From Planctomycetota bacterium (GTDB lineage: Bacteria; Planctomycetota; UBA1135; UBA2386), in NCBI GenBank assembly GCA_965228735.1, contig OZ245838.1, positions 2,560,001 through 2,624,000 of the forward strand: a stretch of 64,000 nucleotides of DNA, written 5' to 3'. This document shows positions 54,088-63,336 of this stretch, in pieces. The position numbers were made by a program, and so were the translations under genes. The notes beneath the pieces were generated by a model. It was not told the origin of the DNA. It ran no database searches and was given only the letters and a program-made list of their open reading frames with translations. The number at the start of each line of letters is the position of its first letter. The stretch's first letter is position 1.

Positions 54088-55518
54088 CTACTCGCGAAGC
54101 GCGGCCAGAACCGCGGCGACGAGCCGTTCGCGCGCGCTCGTCGACACCTTGCCCTTGCCCTTGAGCAGGTTGCGCATCGCCGCGTCGAGCTCGTCGCGCA
54201 CGCTGGCCGGGAGATTCGCCACGACGCCGGCTTCGCCGCCCGGCCCGGCGTCCTGCTGCCCGTCGACGACGAGTTCGTCGCGCCGCGCGTGACTGCGCCC
54301 GCGGACGGCGCGGAAGTGCACGATCGCGCGATCGAGCAGCACCCACGCGTAGCGCGGGCTGCTCACCGGCCCCATCGCGACGAAGCGGCCGGTCTCGCCG
54401 GGCCACAACGACTTCGCGAGCGAACTCGACGACGACCACACCCGCGCGAGCCGCCGCCCGCCGAACCAGCCCGCCGTCGCCCCGACGCCGGCGCCGATCG
54501 CCGCGCCGAGCAGGAACGACGCACCGCCGACGGCGAGATCGATGCCACCGCCGATCACGGCACCCCACGTGGCGCCGTACTTCGCGAGCTGTTCACGCGT
54601 GAGGCCGAACGCGCGCCACGCCGTCTCGGAGAACAGGTCCTCGCGGAGCACGCCGGGCACGGCATCGGCGCGTTCGAGATCGGGGTGGCGGTAGACGCGT
54701 TCGACCGCGTCCCGGGTGCGGGTCTCGTAGTCGCGTTGCGCGTCGCGGAACCGGCGCTCGAGATCTTCGCGCACCTCGGCGTCGTCCGCGCCCTCGGCCA
54801 CGGCGCGCTTCTCGACGTGCGACAGCGCATCCGCGAGCATCGAGCCGATGTGGGTCGCGGCCCGCTGCTCGCGCTCGCGCCACTCGCTCTCCATGGCCGC
54901 GACGGCCTCGTCGATCACGGCGCTCCACTCGGGCCGGATCTCGCGGAAGCCACGCAGGAGCGCCGTGCGATCGGCGAACCCCGCGCCGTGCGCGTCGAAC
55001 TCGCGCACGATGTGGAAGAACTGCGTCAGCGTCGGGCGCCACTCGGCGACGTGGTCGCGCTGCCGCACGCGGTTGACGAGCGCCATCGCGGGCTGCCCGG
55101 TCCAGCGCAGGATCTCCATCTCGGCCTCGTTGCTCGGCTCGAGATGGCTCGACGCGTCGACGACGTAGAGGATGCCGGCGCCATCGAGGATCGGCCGCAG
55201 CAGCTCGACCTCGTCGTGGAACTCGCCGCTGCTGCCGTGCGTCTCGACGAACGCGCGCACCGCGCCGGGCCGGGCCGCGGCGTTGTCCGCGTGCTGCCGC
55301 AACCACTCGAGCGCCTGCCGCGCGCGCTGGAAGCCCGGGGTGTCGACGATGCGAAACAGCTCGCGGTCGCCGACGCGAAAGACGTAGATCCCCGCGCGCG
55401 CCGTCGTGCCGGGGTAGGTGTCGATCGGGATCGTCTCGTTCTCCGAGAGCGCCGCCACGACGGACGACTTACCCTGGTTGACGTTGCCGACGACGACGAA
55501 GACCGGGGCGTCGCTCAC
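54088..55518 (-). CDS. GTPase with DUF3482 domain
   Basis: G1 GNVNQGKSS, PGTT, G3 DTPGF, YVVDAS, EMEILRW, C-terminal GAVIGGGIDLAVGGASFLLGAAIG hydrophobic hairpin. Confidence 0.88.
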   Translation of the reverse strand: MSDAPVFVVVGNVNQGKSSVVAALSENETIPIDTYPGTTARAGIYVFRVGDRELFRIVDTPGFQRARQALEWLRQHADNAAARPGAVRAFVETHGSSGEFHDEVELLRPILDGAGILYVVDASSHLEPSNEAEMEILRWTGQPAMALVNRVRQRDHVAEWRPTLTQFFHIVREFDAHGAGFADRTALLRGFREIRPEWSAVIDEAVAAMESEWREREQRAATHIGSMLADALSHVEKRAVAEGADDAEVREDLERRFRDAQRDYETRTRDAVERVYRHPDLERADAVPGVLREDLFSETAWRAFGLTREQLAKYGATWGAVIGGGIDLAVGGASFLLGAAIGAGVGATAGWFGGRRLARVWSSSSSLAKSLWPGETGRFVAMGPVSSPRYAWVLLDRAIVHFRAVRGRSHARRDELVVDGQQDAGPGGEAGVVANLPASVRDELDAAMRNLLKGKGKVSTSARERLVAAVLAALRE

Positions 55519-57041
55519 GTCCGCGCCCCCATCGGCTCGACCCAGAGGTAGGGGTCGTCGAGCGCGCCAAGCGAACGGCGCCAGGCCTCGAGCTCGTCGG
55601 GTTCGGCGTCGTGGAAGGTGCCATCCGCGCTGAAGTCGACGAGCCCGACGACGACCGGGGTCGAGCCCTGCAGTTCGGCCCGCAGCAGCCGCAGGAACGC
55701 GAGCACGTCGGCCGTCGGCTGGTGCCCGGCCGCGGCGACGAACGCGACCCGCGCGACCTTCGCCTGCCCGACGGCCCGGACCGCAGCCCGATCGGCGTCG
55801 AGGTCCGCCGTGCCCGCCGCTGCGAGCGTCAGCTTCGCGGTGCCGAACCGCCGCTCGGCGAGCGCGCGGATCCGGTCGCGCTGCCGCGCCATGCTGCCCC
55901 ACATCACGGCCGCCGTCGGGGCGCCGGGCAGTTCGGGCGCGTTCGCCGCCGCCGGCCCGCTGCCCTCGACAGGCGCAGCTCCGACGACGTCCGCAGGTCG
56001 CGGGCCCTGCCAGACGGCGCTCGGCGGCAACACGCGGTCGTAGAGCTGCTGATAGCCCGCGTGATCGAGCGAGGCGGTGCGCAGCGCGCGGCGGGCGAGA
56101 CCGGCGCCGAACAGCCACGCGACGAGCCGCGGCAGCAGGCCGTAGGTGACGAGGCCCGCGACGAGGAACCGCCACCAGGTGTCGGCGATCGTGAGGGCCG
56201 CCTCCGGCTCGGTCTGCTCCACGAACTCGCCCGGCATGCGGGCCCATTGACTCGCCGCGACGGCATCGAGCGGCACGACGGCAGAGTCGACGTAGGCGAA
56301 CGGCAACGCGAGCCACGTCACGATCGCGTGCACGGTCTCGGACTCGAGCTTGAGCGTCGTCGACCACGAGAACACGAGGTCGGTGAAGAAGATCGCGTAG
56401 AGCGCCGCGAGCAGGGCGCCGACGTTGAACGCGACACCGAAGCGCTGCGCCAGCGCGAACAACGTCCACCGTTCTGCTTCCGAGTAGGCCCCGCCCCGTG
56501 CTTTCGGACCGTGGAGCACGCGCAGGAGCCCGAGCAGGTCGTGCCCCTTGCCGCCGAGGCGGTGCGCGAGCCAGGCGATCGGCCGGTGCAGCAGCCCGAC
56601 ACCCGCGCCGCTAGAGCGCGCGCGCACGACGAATACGACGAGCGCGACGAGCAGCACGATCTGCAGCAGGCAGAAGCACGCGACGAACGGCAGCACGTTC
56701 ACCGGCACCGAGCCGTCATACGCGAGCAGCGTGCTCGCCGCGCCACCGCCGAGCAGCAGGCCGAGCCCGGTGAGGGCGAGGCCGGCGAACCACAACCCGC
56801 GCTCGAGCCACGAGCCGGGCAGGTCGGGCTGGCGCTGGCGAACCGCGGCGAGCCACGCGACCGCGAGCTCCTGGCGGAACTGGCGATCGTCGTCGACGAG
56901 CCGCCGCGCCGCAGCCGCGTCGACTCCGCGCGCGGCCGTGACGGCCTGGCCGACCGCGCGTTCGTCGGCGCGCGAAAGCACGGCGCCGTCCTCGCGCAGC
57001 AACCACTCGAGATCGGCCAGGGCAGCGAGGGAAAGCGTCAT
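55515..57041 (-). CDS. DUF2868-domain membrane protein
   Basis: YDGSVPVNV, DLVFSWSTTL, WWRFLVAGLVTYGLLPRL; 4-nt overlap with the DUF3482 GTPase (known gene pair). Confidence 0.85.
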   Translation of the reverse strand: MTLSLAALADLEWLLREDGAVLSRADERAVGQAVTAARGVDAAAARRLVDDDRQFRQELAVAWLAAVRQRQPDLPGSWLERGLWFAGLALTGLGLLLGGGAASTLLAYDGSVPVNVLPFVACFCLLQIVLLVALVVFVVRARSSGAGVGLLHRPIAWLAHRLGGKGHDLLGLLRVLHGPKARGGAYSEAERWTLFALAQRFGVAFNVGALLAALYAIFFTDLVFSWSTTLKLESETVHAIVTWLALPFAYVDSAVVPLDAVAASQWARMPGEFVEQTEPEAALTIADTWWRFLVAGLVTYGLLPRLVAWLFGAGLARRALRTASLDHAGYQQLYDRVLPPSAVWQGPRPADVVGAAPVEGSGPAAANAPELPGAPTAAVMWGSMARQRDRIRALAERRFGTAKLTLAAAGTADLDADRAAVRAVGQAKVARVAFVAAAGHQPTADVLAFLRLLRAELQGSTPVVVGLVDFSADGTFHDAEPDELEAWRRSLGALDDPYLWVEPMGART

Positions 57042-57112
57042 CCGAGCCGACGATCCTATGGCCCGGCTCGCGGATTCGAAGCGTTAGATCGCCTCCCGCG
57101 GCGACGGCCGCG

Positions 57113-57697
57113 TCAGACTTCGAGGTGGCGCGGGCCGGTCGTCCCGGCGATCTGCAGCGCGCCGATATGGGCGGCGAGCACCGACTCGAGCACGTTCAGC
57201 GCCTTGCAGTCCGGCACGAGGTTCTCGCGCGCCGAGTCGAAGATCGTGGCCGTCAGCGCGCCGCGCAGGAACTCGACGATCCGCAGCGCCGGGCCGATGC
57301 AGTGCTCGATCTTCGGCCCCGTGCCGCAGAGCAGCGGCAGCCACTGGCTCGCGACCGCGTGACACGTGCTGGCGTCGGTCTGGCCCGCGAGGATCGCGTT
57401 GAGCCAGGCGCGCGCAGCGCGCCGGCGGCGGTTGAGCACGGACACGGCGATCGGCTGGACGTTGCCGTGTTCGAGCGCGCGCCGGTTCTGCAGCGCGATA
57501 GTGAAGTTGACGACCGAGCGCACGATCGCGGGCACGACGGGTGAGGCGCGCTCGTTGAGCAGCTCGATGTCCGCCGCCGGCAGATCGATCGGCCGCGTGC
57601 TGACGCTGCGCGGCTCGAGGAACAGGAACGGCCGCGGCGCCTTGGTCTCGATGGTGCCGGCGGGGATCTCGGTAGTCGATTCGGCGGACTTCGTCAT
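57113..57697 (-). CDS. Hypothetical protein with a protoglobin/sensor-globin-like pattern
   Basis: LPAADIELL....PAIV..VVNF...L, then LNRRRRAARAWLNAILAGQTD, resembles sensor-globin helices; no proximal His at the expected position. Confidence 0.6.
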   Translation of the reverse strand: MTKSAESTTEIPAGTIETKAPRPFLFLEPRSVSTRPIDLPAADIELLNERASPVVPAIVRSVVNFTIALQNRRALEHGNVQPIAVSVLNRRRRAARAWLNAILAGQTDASTCHAVASQWLPLLCGTGPKIEHCIGPALRIVEFLRGALTATIFDSARENLVPDCKALNVLESVLAAHIGALQIAGTTGPRHLEV

Positions 57698-57794
57698 GGC
57701 CGTGCTATCGGCCCGACGCCGGCGTGGCCTCGAGCGAATCGTCGGCAACCCGAACGCCGGGAGGCCGGCTGTCGAGAATCCCGACAGCGCGTCG

Positions 57795-58580
57795 TCACGA
57801 CGCGCGCCAGAGCGCTCCCAGCTCCCGATCGACCAGCTCCCGATCGGGCGGCCCCGCATCGAGCAGGGCCGCCGCGCGCGGGCCGTAGACCGCGTTGCTC
57901 GTCGCGAGCGCCTCGGCGCGATGCACGTCACCGAGGTCGACGGCGCGTTCTTCGAGCAGTTTGCCGCCATCCCGTTCGAGCAGCACCTGCCGCGCGATAC
58001 CGGGCAGCACACGACCGTCGAGCGGCGGCGTGACCCAGCGGCCGTCGAGCCGCAGCCACAGGTTCGCGACCGCGGTCTCGAGCACCGCGCCGTCACTCGC
58101 CACGACGATGCCGTCGTCCGCGCCGCCGTCCTGGGCCTGTTGCAACACCTGGTCGTAGAACGTGCGTGGCTGCCCCTTGAGGTCCGCCGGCGGGATCGCG
58201 CCGGTGCGCTCGACGACCGTCGGGAGCAGCGATACGCGACTGGCCGGGCTGCGCGGGCGCGTCGTCATCGCGACGTGCGTGCGGTCGCCGACCGGCAGCA
58301 GCGCGAGCCGCAGCACGCCGTCCGTGTTGCCGGTCTGCACGAGCAGTTCGCCCGCCGCGGCGCGCCAATCAGCCGTCGGCCAGTCACCGTCGTCAGGCGA
58401 ACGATCACCGACGACCAGACCGGCGCGCTGCGCCGCGTTGGCCAACCGCTGCAGGTGACGGTCCCAGAGCGGCACCTGCGCCGCCTTCGCCCCCATCGTT
58501 TCGAACGGCGCGATCACGTCGGGATCGGGCCGCGGCAGCCGCGCGGTCGTCACGAACTCGCCATCGAGCCAGGCCATCAT
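57795..58580 (-). CDS. pabC: Class IV aminotransferase/4-amino-4-deoxychorismate lyase
   Basis: FETM, WDRHLQRL, DLKG (PLP Lys), ETAVANLW, TPPLDGRVLPGIAR, TSNAVYG; coupled to pabB. Confidence 0.82.
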   Translation of the reverse strand: MMAWLDGEFVTTARLPRPDPDVIAPFETMGAKAAQVPLWDRHLQRLANAAQRAGLVVGDRSPDDGDWPTADWRAAAGELLVQTGNTDGVLRLALLPVGDRTHVAMTTRPRSPASRVSLLPTVVERTGAIPPADLKGQPRTFYDQVLQQAQDGGADDGIVVASDGAVLETAVANLWLRLDGRWVTPPLDGRVLPGIARQVLLERDGGKLLEERAVDLGDVHRAEALATSNAVYGPRAAALLDAGPPDRELVDRELGALWRAS

Positions 58581-59839
58581 GTCGCGTTCTCCTCGTCGCC
58601 GTCGCCGGGCAGGCGGATGCGGGCGCCGAGCGCGTGCCGGAGTCCCGCCATCTTGTCGAGCGACTCCTGCCACTCGGCCGCCGGATCGCTGAGCGCCGTG
58701 ATGCCGCCGCCCGCGTTGCCGCGCAGTCGACCGGCCCGGTGCACGAGCGTCCGGATCGCGATGTTGAGGTGCATCGTGTCACCGGGGCCGAACCATCCGA
58801 TCGCGCCCGTGTAGACGCCCCGCCGCGCGACCTCGAGCGCCTCGATGATCTCGAGGCAGCGCAGCTTGGGGCAGCCCGTGATCGAGCCGCCCGGCAGCGT
58901 CGCGCGCAGCAGATCGACGGCGCTCGTTCCCGGCTGCAGCTGCGCGGTCACGGTGGCAAACAGGTGATGCACCTGCGCGAACGAGTCGTGCTCGGGGAAC
59001 GGCCCCACCGCGACCGTTCCCGTCGCCGCGACCTTCCCGATGTCGTTGCGCAGCAGGTCGACGATCATCGCGAGCTCGGCCTGGTCCTTCTCGCTCGTCA
59101 GCAACTCCGCGAGCAGCGCGCGGTCCGCGGCCGGATCGGTGCTGCGCGGCCGCGTGCCCTTGATCGGCCGCGCCCGCACCGCGTCGCCATCGCGCCACAG
59201 GAACTCCTCGGGCGAACTGCTGAGCACTGCCGTGCCCGCGCCGTCCTCGACGTAGCAGCAGAACGGCGCCGGGCTCGCGGCGCACAGCTGCCAGAACAAC
59301 GCGCGCGGGTCGCCGTTCCAGTCGGCGGTGAACGGCTGCGTGAGGTTGGCCTGGAAGATGTCACCCGCGCGGATGTGCTCGATGACCGCCTCGACCCGCC
59401 GTTCGTAGTCGCGGCGCGGCACGCTGCCGACGAGTTCCGCGACCTCGGCGCGCAGCTGTTGCGGCGGCGACGGCGCCGCGGGTGCTAGGGCGAACTCCCG
59501 GACCGTGCGATAGGCCGCCACGTGCAGCACGGGCACGGCGAAGTCCTCGGGGATCGATCGCGGCCACGCCTCGATGTCGAGGCCGAGGTCGTAGCCGAGC
59601 CAGCCGACGACGCGCCGCTCGCGGTGCTCCCGCAGGAACCCGTCGAGCGCCGCGAGCGCGCCGGCCGGCTGCGCGACGGTCAGCTGCGCGACCGGGTCGA
59701 CGAAGAGCGTCGCCGGCCCGCGCCCGCCGCTGTGCAGCATCGCGATGGGCCCAGCCCGCGCGGCGTCGAGCAACGCCTCGAACGGCGCCGAACCGACCGC
59801 GTCGGCATCGACCCCATCAGCGCGCGCGTTGCCGGCCAC
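58577..59839 (-). CDS. pabB: Aminodeoxychorismate synthase component I (chorismate-binding enzyme)
   Basis: IRAGDIFQANL, SSSPEEFL, RPIKGTRPR, SEKDQAELAMIVDLLRND, PGGSITGCPK, RGVYTGAIG, NIAIRT. Confidence 0.9.
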   Translation of the reverse strand: MAGNARADGVDADAVGSAPFEALLDAARAGPIAMLHSGGRGPATLFVDPVAQLTVAQPAGALAALDGFLREHRERRVVGWLGYDLGLDIEAWPRSIPEDFAVPVLHVAAYRTVREFALAPAAPSPPQQLRAEVAELVGSVPRRDYERRVEAVIEHIRAGDIFQANLTQPFTADWNGDPRALFWQLCAASPAPFCCYVEDGAGTAVLSSSPEEFLWRDGDAVRARPIKGTRPRSTDPAADRALLAELLTSEKDQAELAMIVDLLRNDIGKVAATGTVAVGPFPEHDSFAQVHHLFATVTAQLQPGTSAVDLLRATLPGGSITGCPKLRCLEIIEALEVARRGVYTGAIGWFGPGDTMHLNIAIRTLVHRAGRLRGNAGGGITALSDPAAEWQESLDKMAGLRHALGARIRLPGDGDEENAT

Positions 59840-59845
59840 CGCGGC

Positions 59846-60628
59846 CTACTCGCGGATCCAGGACGGCTTGCGCTTCTCGAGGAACGCGGCCATCCCTTCC
59901 TTCATCTCGGCGGTGCTGCTGATGATGCCGAACAGATCGGCCTCGACCTCGAGCGCGTCATCGAGCGGCAGGTGCGCCCCGCGGCGCACGCTCTGCTTGG
60001 CCATCGCGACCGCCGTCCTGCCGCGCGAGATCGCCGCCGCCGCGATCTTGTGGCAGTGCGCCAGCAGGTCGCCCTGCTCGACGACCGCGTTCACGAGGCC
60101 GATCCGGAGCGCTTCGTCGGCGCCGATCGGGTCACCCGTGAGGATCATCTGCATCGCGACGCCGGAGCCGACGAGCCGCGGCAGACGCTGCGTGCCGCCG
60201 TAGCCCGGGATGATGCCGAGCGAGACCTCGGGCAACCCGAGTTTGGCGTTGGTCGACGCGAAGCGCATGTCGCACGCGAGCGCGATCTCGAGGCCGCCGC
60301 CGAGCGCGAAGCCGTTGATGGCCGCGATCGTGGGTTTGCCCATCGTCGACAGCCGATTCATCATCGCCTGCCCCTTCTGCGCCGTCGCCTTGCCATCGAC
60401 GACGCCCTGGTTCGCGAGCTCGCCGATGTCGGCGCCCGCGACGAAGAACTTCTCGCCCGCGCCCGTGAGCACGACCGCGCCGACACCGTCGTCGTCCGCG
60501 AGGGTCGCGAACGTCTCGTCGAGCTCACCGATGAGCTCGGCCGACAGCGCGTTGGCCTTCGGGCGGTCGATCGTGACGGTGGCGATGTGCCCGGCGCGTT
60601 CGACCCGCAGGTGTCGCGGCTCACTCAC
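59846..60628 (-). CDS. Enoyl-CoA hydratase (crotonase)
   Basis: FVAGADI, KPTIAAINGFALGGGLEIALACD, LGLPEVSLGIIPGYGGTQRLPR, EGMAAFLEKR. Confidence 0.95.
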   Translation of the reverse strand: MSEPRHLRVERAGHIATVTIDRPKANALSAELIGELDETFATLADDDGVGAVVLTGAGEKFFVAGADIGELANQGVVDGKATAQKGQAMMNRLSTMGKPTIAAINGFALGGGLEIALACDMRFASTNAKLGLPEVSLGIIPGYGGTQRLPRLVGSGVAMQMILTGDPIGADEALRIGLVNAVVEQGDLLAHCHKIAAAAISRGRTAVAMAKQSVRRGAHLPLDDALEVEADLFGIISSTAEMKEGMAAFLEKRKPSWIRE

Positions 60629-61226
60629 CGGCCTGCTCCTCGCCTTCGCCGGCCGTCGCCTCACCAGCGTCACCGGCGTCGCCGGCGTCACCGCGCTGCT
60701 GGCGCTCGCGCAGCTCGATGCCGCGGATCTCGACGCGCTCCGTCGGCAGCGACTTCTCGCCGCCCGGACCGTACTCACATTCGATGCTCGCGATCTCGTC
60801 GAGCACGTCGAGCCCGTCCTCGACCTTGCCGAACACGGTGTACTGCCCGTCGAGGAAATCGGCGTGCTCGCTGTGCACGATGAAGAACTGCGACCCTGCG
60901 CTGTTGGGATCCTGGGCGCGCGCCATCGACAGGATGCCGCGGGTGTGCGGGACGTCGTTGAACTCGGCCTCGATGTTGTAGCCCGGGCCGCCCGTGCCGG
61001 GCGCGCCGGACGCCCCCGCCTTGCTGTTGGGGCAGCCGGTCTGGATCATGAAGTTGCGCACGATCCGGTGCACGGCGACGCCGTCGTAGAAGCCGTCCTG
61101 CGCGAGCTTGAGAAAGCTGCTGACGTGCTTGGGGGCGTGCTCGGGGAAGAACGTGACCACCATCGTGCCCTTGTCCGTGACGAGGGCGGCTTCGATCGTG
61201 GCGGGGTCGGTCGTATCGAGGTCCAT
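60621..61226 (-). CDS. Cyclophilin-type peptidyl-prolyl isomerase
   Basis: APKHV.SFLKLA..GFYDG..HRIVRNFMIQTGCP, LSMARAQDPNSAGSQFFI, LDGQYTVFGKV. Confidence 0.95.
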   Translation of the reverse strand: MDLDTTDPATIEAALVTDKGTMVVTFFPEHAPKHVSSFLKLAQDGFYDGVAVHRIVRNFMIQTGCPNSKAGASGAPGTGGPGYNIEAEFNDVPHTRGILSMARAQDPNSAGSQFFIVHSEHADFLDGQYTVFGKVEDGLDVLDEIASIECEYGPGGEKSLPTERVEIRGIELRERQQRGDAGDAGDAGEATAGEGEEQAGE

Positions 61227-61344
61227 CGCGAGGCATCGTCCAGCCCGACGCGCCGCTATCAATCCGCGAGTGCCGTTTTCTGCCCGTTCGGAGCGTGGCG
61301 CTTGCCGCCACCGGACTGCGTGGAGGCTGGCCCTCTCAGCTCAT

Positions 61345-62340
61345 CTACTTGCGCACGGGCAGGATGACGACCGCGTGCAGGATGACGGGCTCGATCGGCG
61401 TCTCGTTCTTGCGGCCCGAGCACGGCGTCGTCGCGATGCTGTCGAGCGTGTCCGCGCCGGCCTCGAGGTGGCCGAACGCCGAGTACTGGCCGTTCAGCTG
61501 CGGCGAGTCGCGGTGCATGATGAAGAACTGCGAACCCGCCGAGTTCGGATCGTTGCTGCTCCGGGCCATCGACAGCACGCCGCGGACGTGGCGCAGATCG
61601 GAGAACTCGGCATCGACCTTGTAGCCCGGGTTCCCAAACCCCCACTCGGCGCGTTTGCCGTCGTCCTTGGTGTGCGGGCAGCCGCCCTGGATCATGAACC
61701 CACGCTTCACGCGGTGGAACTTGGTGCCGTCGTAGAACCCCTTCTGCGCGAGCGAGAGGAAGTTGCGGACGTGGTTCGGCGCCTTGTCCGGACGGAAGGA
61801 CAACGTCATCTCGCCGTGGTTCGTGAGCAGCACGACCTTCGTCTTGCCGTGATCGAGGTCGTCGATGTCGGTCCTGCTCACGTCGGGCGCGACCTTGAAC
61901 ACGCAATTGGCGCCGAACACCCCCGGCCACTTGACGCCGACGTTGGCGAAGTCGGTCTCGCTCGGGTTCGGCACGAAGCGCTGGACCGGCAGCTCGAGCC
62001 GGCGCTCGATCCGCGTGCCCGCGACGAGATCGACGGTGCCGTCCTTGCCGGCCTCGCGAATCGCCCGGTCATCGCGGCCTGCGACCGAGACGTCGAGCTC
62101 GACACCCGTGAGCAGCGAGAGCGGCAGCCGCGCCGGCCCGTCGACGATGATCGTGAGCACGAGCTCGACGTTCCCGGTCGCCGAAACGACGCTCTGCGGC
62201 GTCGTCAGCACGGCCGAGTATCCGGTCTGCATCGCTGCCGGCTGCCGGGCCGCCGGCTCCTGGGCCGCCAGATTCGAGAGGAGCGGGGACGCCGCCAGCG
62301 CGGCAACGCCGGCGAGAACGATGGAACGGAGTGGGGTCAT
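61345..62340 (-). CDS. Secreted cyclophilin-type PPIase with an N-terminal beta domain
   Basis: Signal peptide MTPLRSIVLAGVAALAASPLLSNLAAQ; APNHVRNFL, FHRVKRGFMIQGGCP, SMARSSNDPNSAGSQFFI. Confidence 0.93.
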   Translation of the reverse strand: MTPLRSIVLAGVAALAASPLLSNLAAQEPAARQPAAMQTGYSAVLTTPQSVVSATGNVELVLTIIVDGPARLPLSLLTGVELDVSVAGRDDRAIREAGKDGTVDLVAGTRIERRLELPVQRFVPNPSETDFANVGVKWPGVFGANCVFKVAPDVSRTDIDDLDHGKTKVVLLTNHGEMTLSFRPDKAPNHVRNFLSLAQKGFYDGTKFHRVKRGFMIQGGCPHTKDDGKRAEWGFGNPGYKVDAEFSDLRHVRGVLSMARSSNDPNSAGSQFFIMHRDSPQLNGQYSAFGHLEAGADTLDSIATTPCSGRKNETPIEPVILHAVVILPVRK

Positions 62341-62461
62341 GGGAACTCGGTCGCGCAGCTGGCGGGGACCACTGGCTCGGGCCTTCATAGCGTCCGAAGG
62401 ACGGTCGGGTAACGCCAAGCCTCCCCGTTCCTGATTCCCCCGCCGCGACAGACCACCACGA

Positions 62462-62899
62462 TCATGCATCGACGTCGACGAACCGCGGCCGGGCGCGCGG
62501 ATCGAGCAGATCGCCGATCCGCCCCTGCCGCACGCGTTCGAGGATCAGATCCGGTCCGAACCACAGAGCACAGCCGGGGCGTTCGCTCGCCGTGAGGTCG
62601 AGCTCGAACTCGGCGTTCGCGAAGTCGGTCACCGGCAAGCTCACGTCGAGCGACCAGTCATCGGTGTCCTGCCAGGTCCACAGGAGCACCATCCCGTCGA
62701 TGCGGTACTCGAACACGTGGACCGGCGCGCCGAGATGCGACAGGCACTGCCCGAGGTCGTCGACGCCGGGGCGCAGCGCTTCGATCCGCTCGCGCTCCAG
62801 CGGCTCGTTCTCGCGGAAGCGCAGGTAGCCGACGCAGCTCGGCAGCAGCGCGAGGCCGACAGCCGCGATCCCGCGACCCAGCCACCGATCGGATCTCAT
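62462..62899 (-). CDS. Lipoprotein, BamE/SmpA-like
   Basis: LLPS-C lipobox; IEALRPG....CLSHLGAP; similar to the adjacent gene. Confidence 0.7.
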   Translation of the reverse strand: MRSDRWLGRGIAAVGLALLPSCVGYLRFRENEPLERERIEALRPGVDDLGQCLSHLGAPVHVFEYRIDGMVLLWTWQDTDDWSLDVSLPVTDFANAEFELDLTASERPGCALWFGPDLILERVRQGRIGDLLDPRARPRFVDVDA

Positions 62900-63336
62900 T
62901 GCCCGGAGACCCCGGGCCGCCCCGCGTCGCGGGCGGCGTTGTCCGCCGGCTCGTGCACGTCCTCCCACGGCAATGCGTACTGGGTCCGATGCACCCCGTA
63001 GGTCGCGCCGTAGTGCGTGAGCACGTCGTTCTGGTCGAAGAACACCCAGACGCGGTCCTGGCGACTGTCCTGGTTGCCCATGTTGAGCACGACGAGAATC
63101 AGCACCGCGGTCTTGGCCGTCGTGGCGTCATACAGGTAGGCCGACCGCCGGCCGAGCTGCACGACGTTGGTCGGCGCGCCGAGCAGCTCGACGACCTCGC
63201 GCGCCGTCGTCGTGCCGGGCCGGAGCTGGCTCACCCTCTGCGCATCGAGCGGCTCGTTCGTGTCCTGGCGCGCGATGCCGCACGCCGAGAACGGCAACGA
63301 CAGCGCGAGAACGAGAGTCGGGGCGAGGTATCGCAT
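62896..63336 (-). CDS. Lipoprotein, BamE/SmpA-OmlA-like
   Basis: FSA-C lipobox; VSQLRPGTTTAREVVELLGAP, VWVFFDQNDVL. Confidence 0.78.
   Translation of the reverse strand: MRYLAPTLVLALSLPFSACGIARQDTNEPLDAQRVSQLRPGTTTAREVVELLGAPTNVVQLGRRSAYLYDATTAKTAVLILVVLNMGNQDSRQDRVWVFFDQNDVLTHYGATYGVHRTQYALPWEDVHEPADNAARDAGRPGVSGQ

Noticed and set aside
57070..57083. GCGGATTCGAAGCG, matching part of the REP-like arm
   Set aside because: Only 14 nt with no partner arm and no IBS core; could be a remnant but is too short to call
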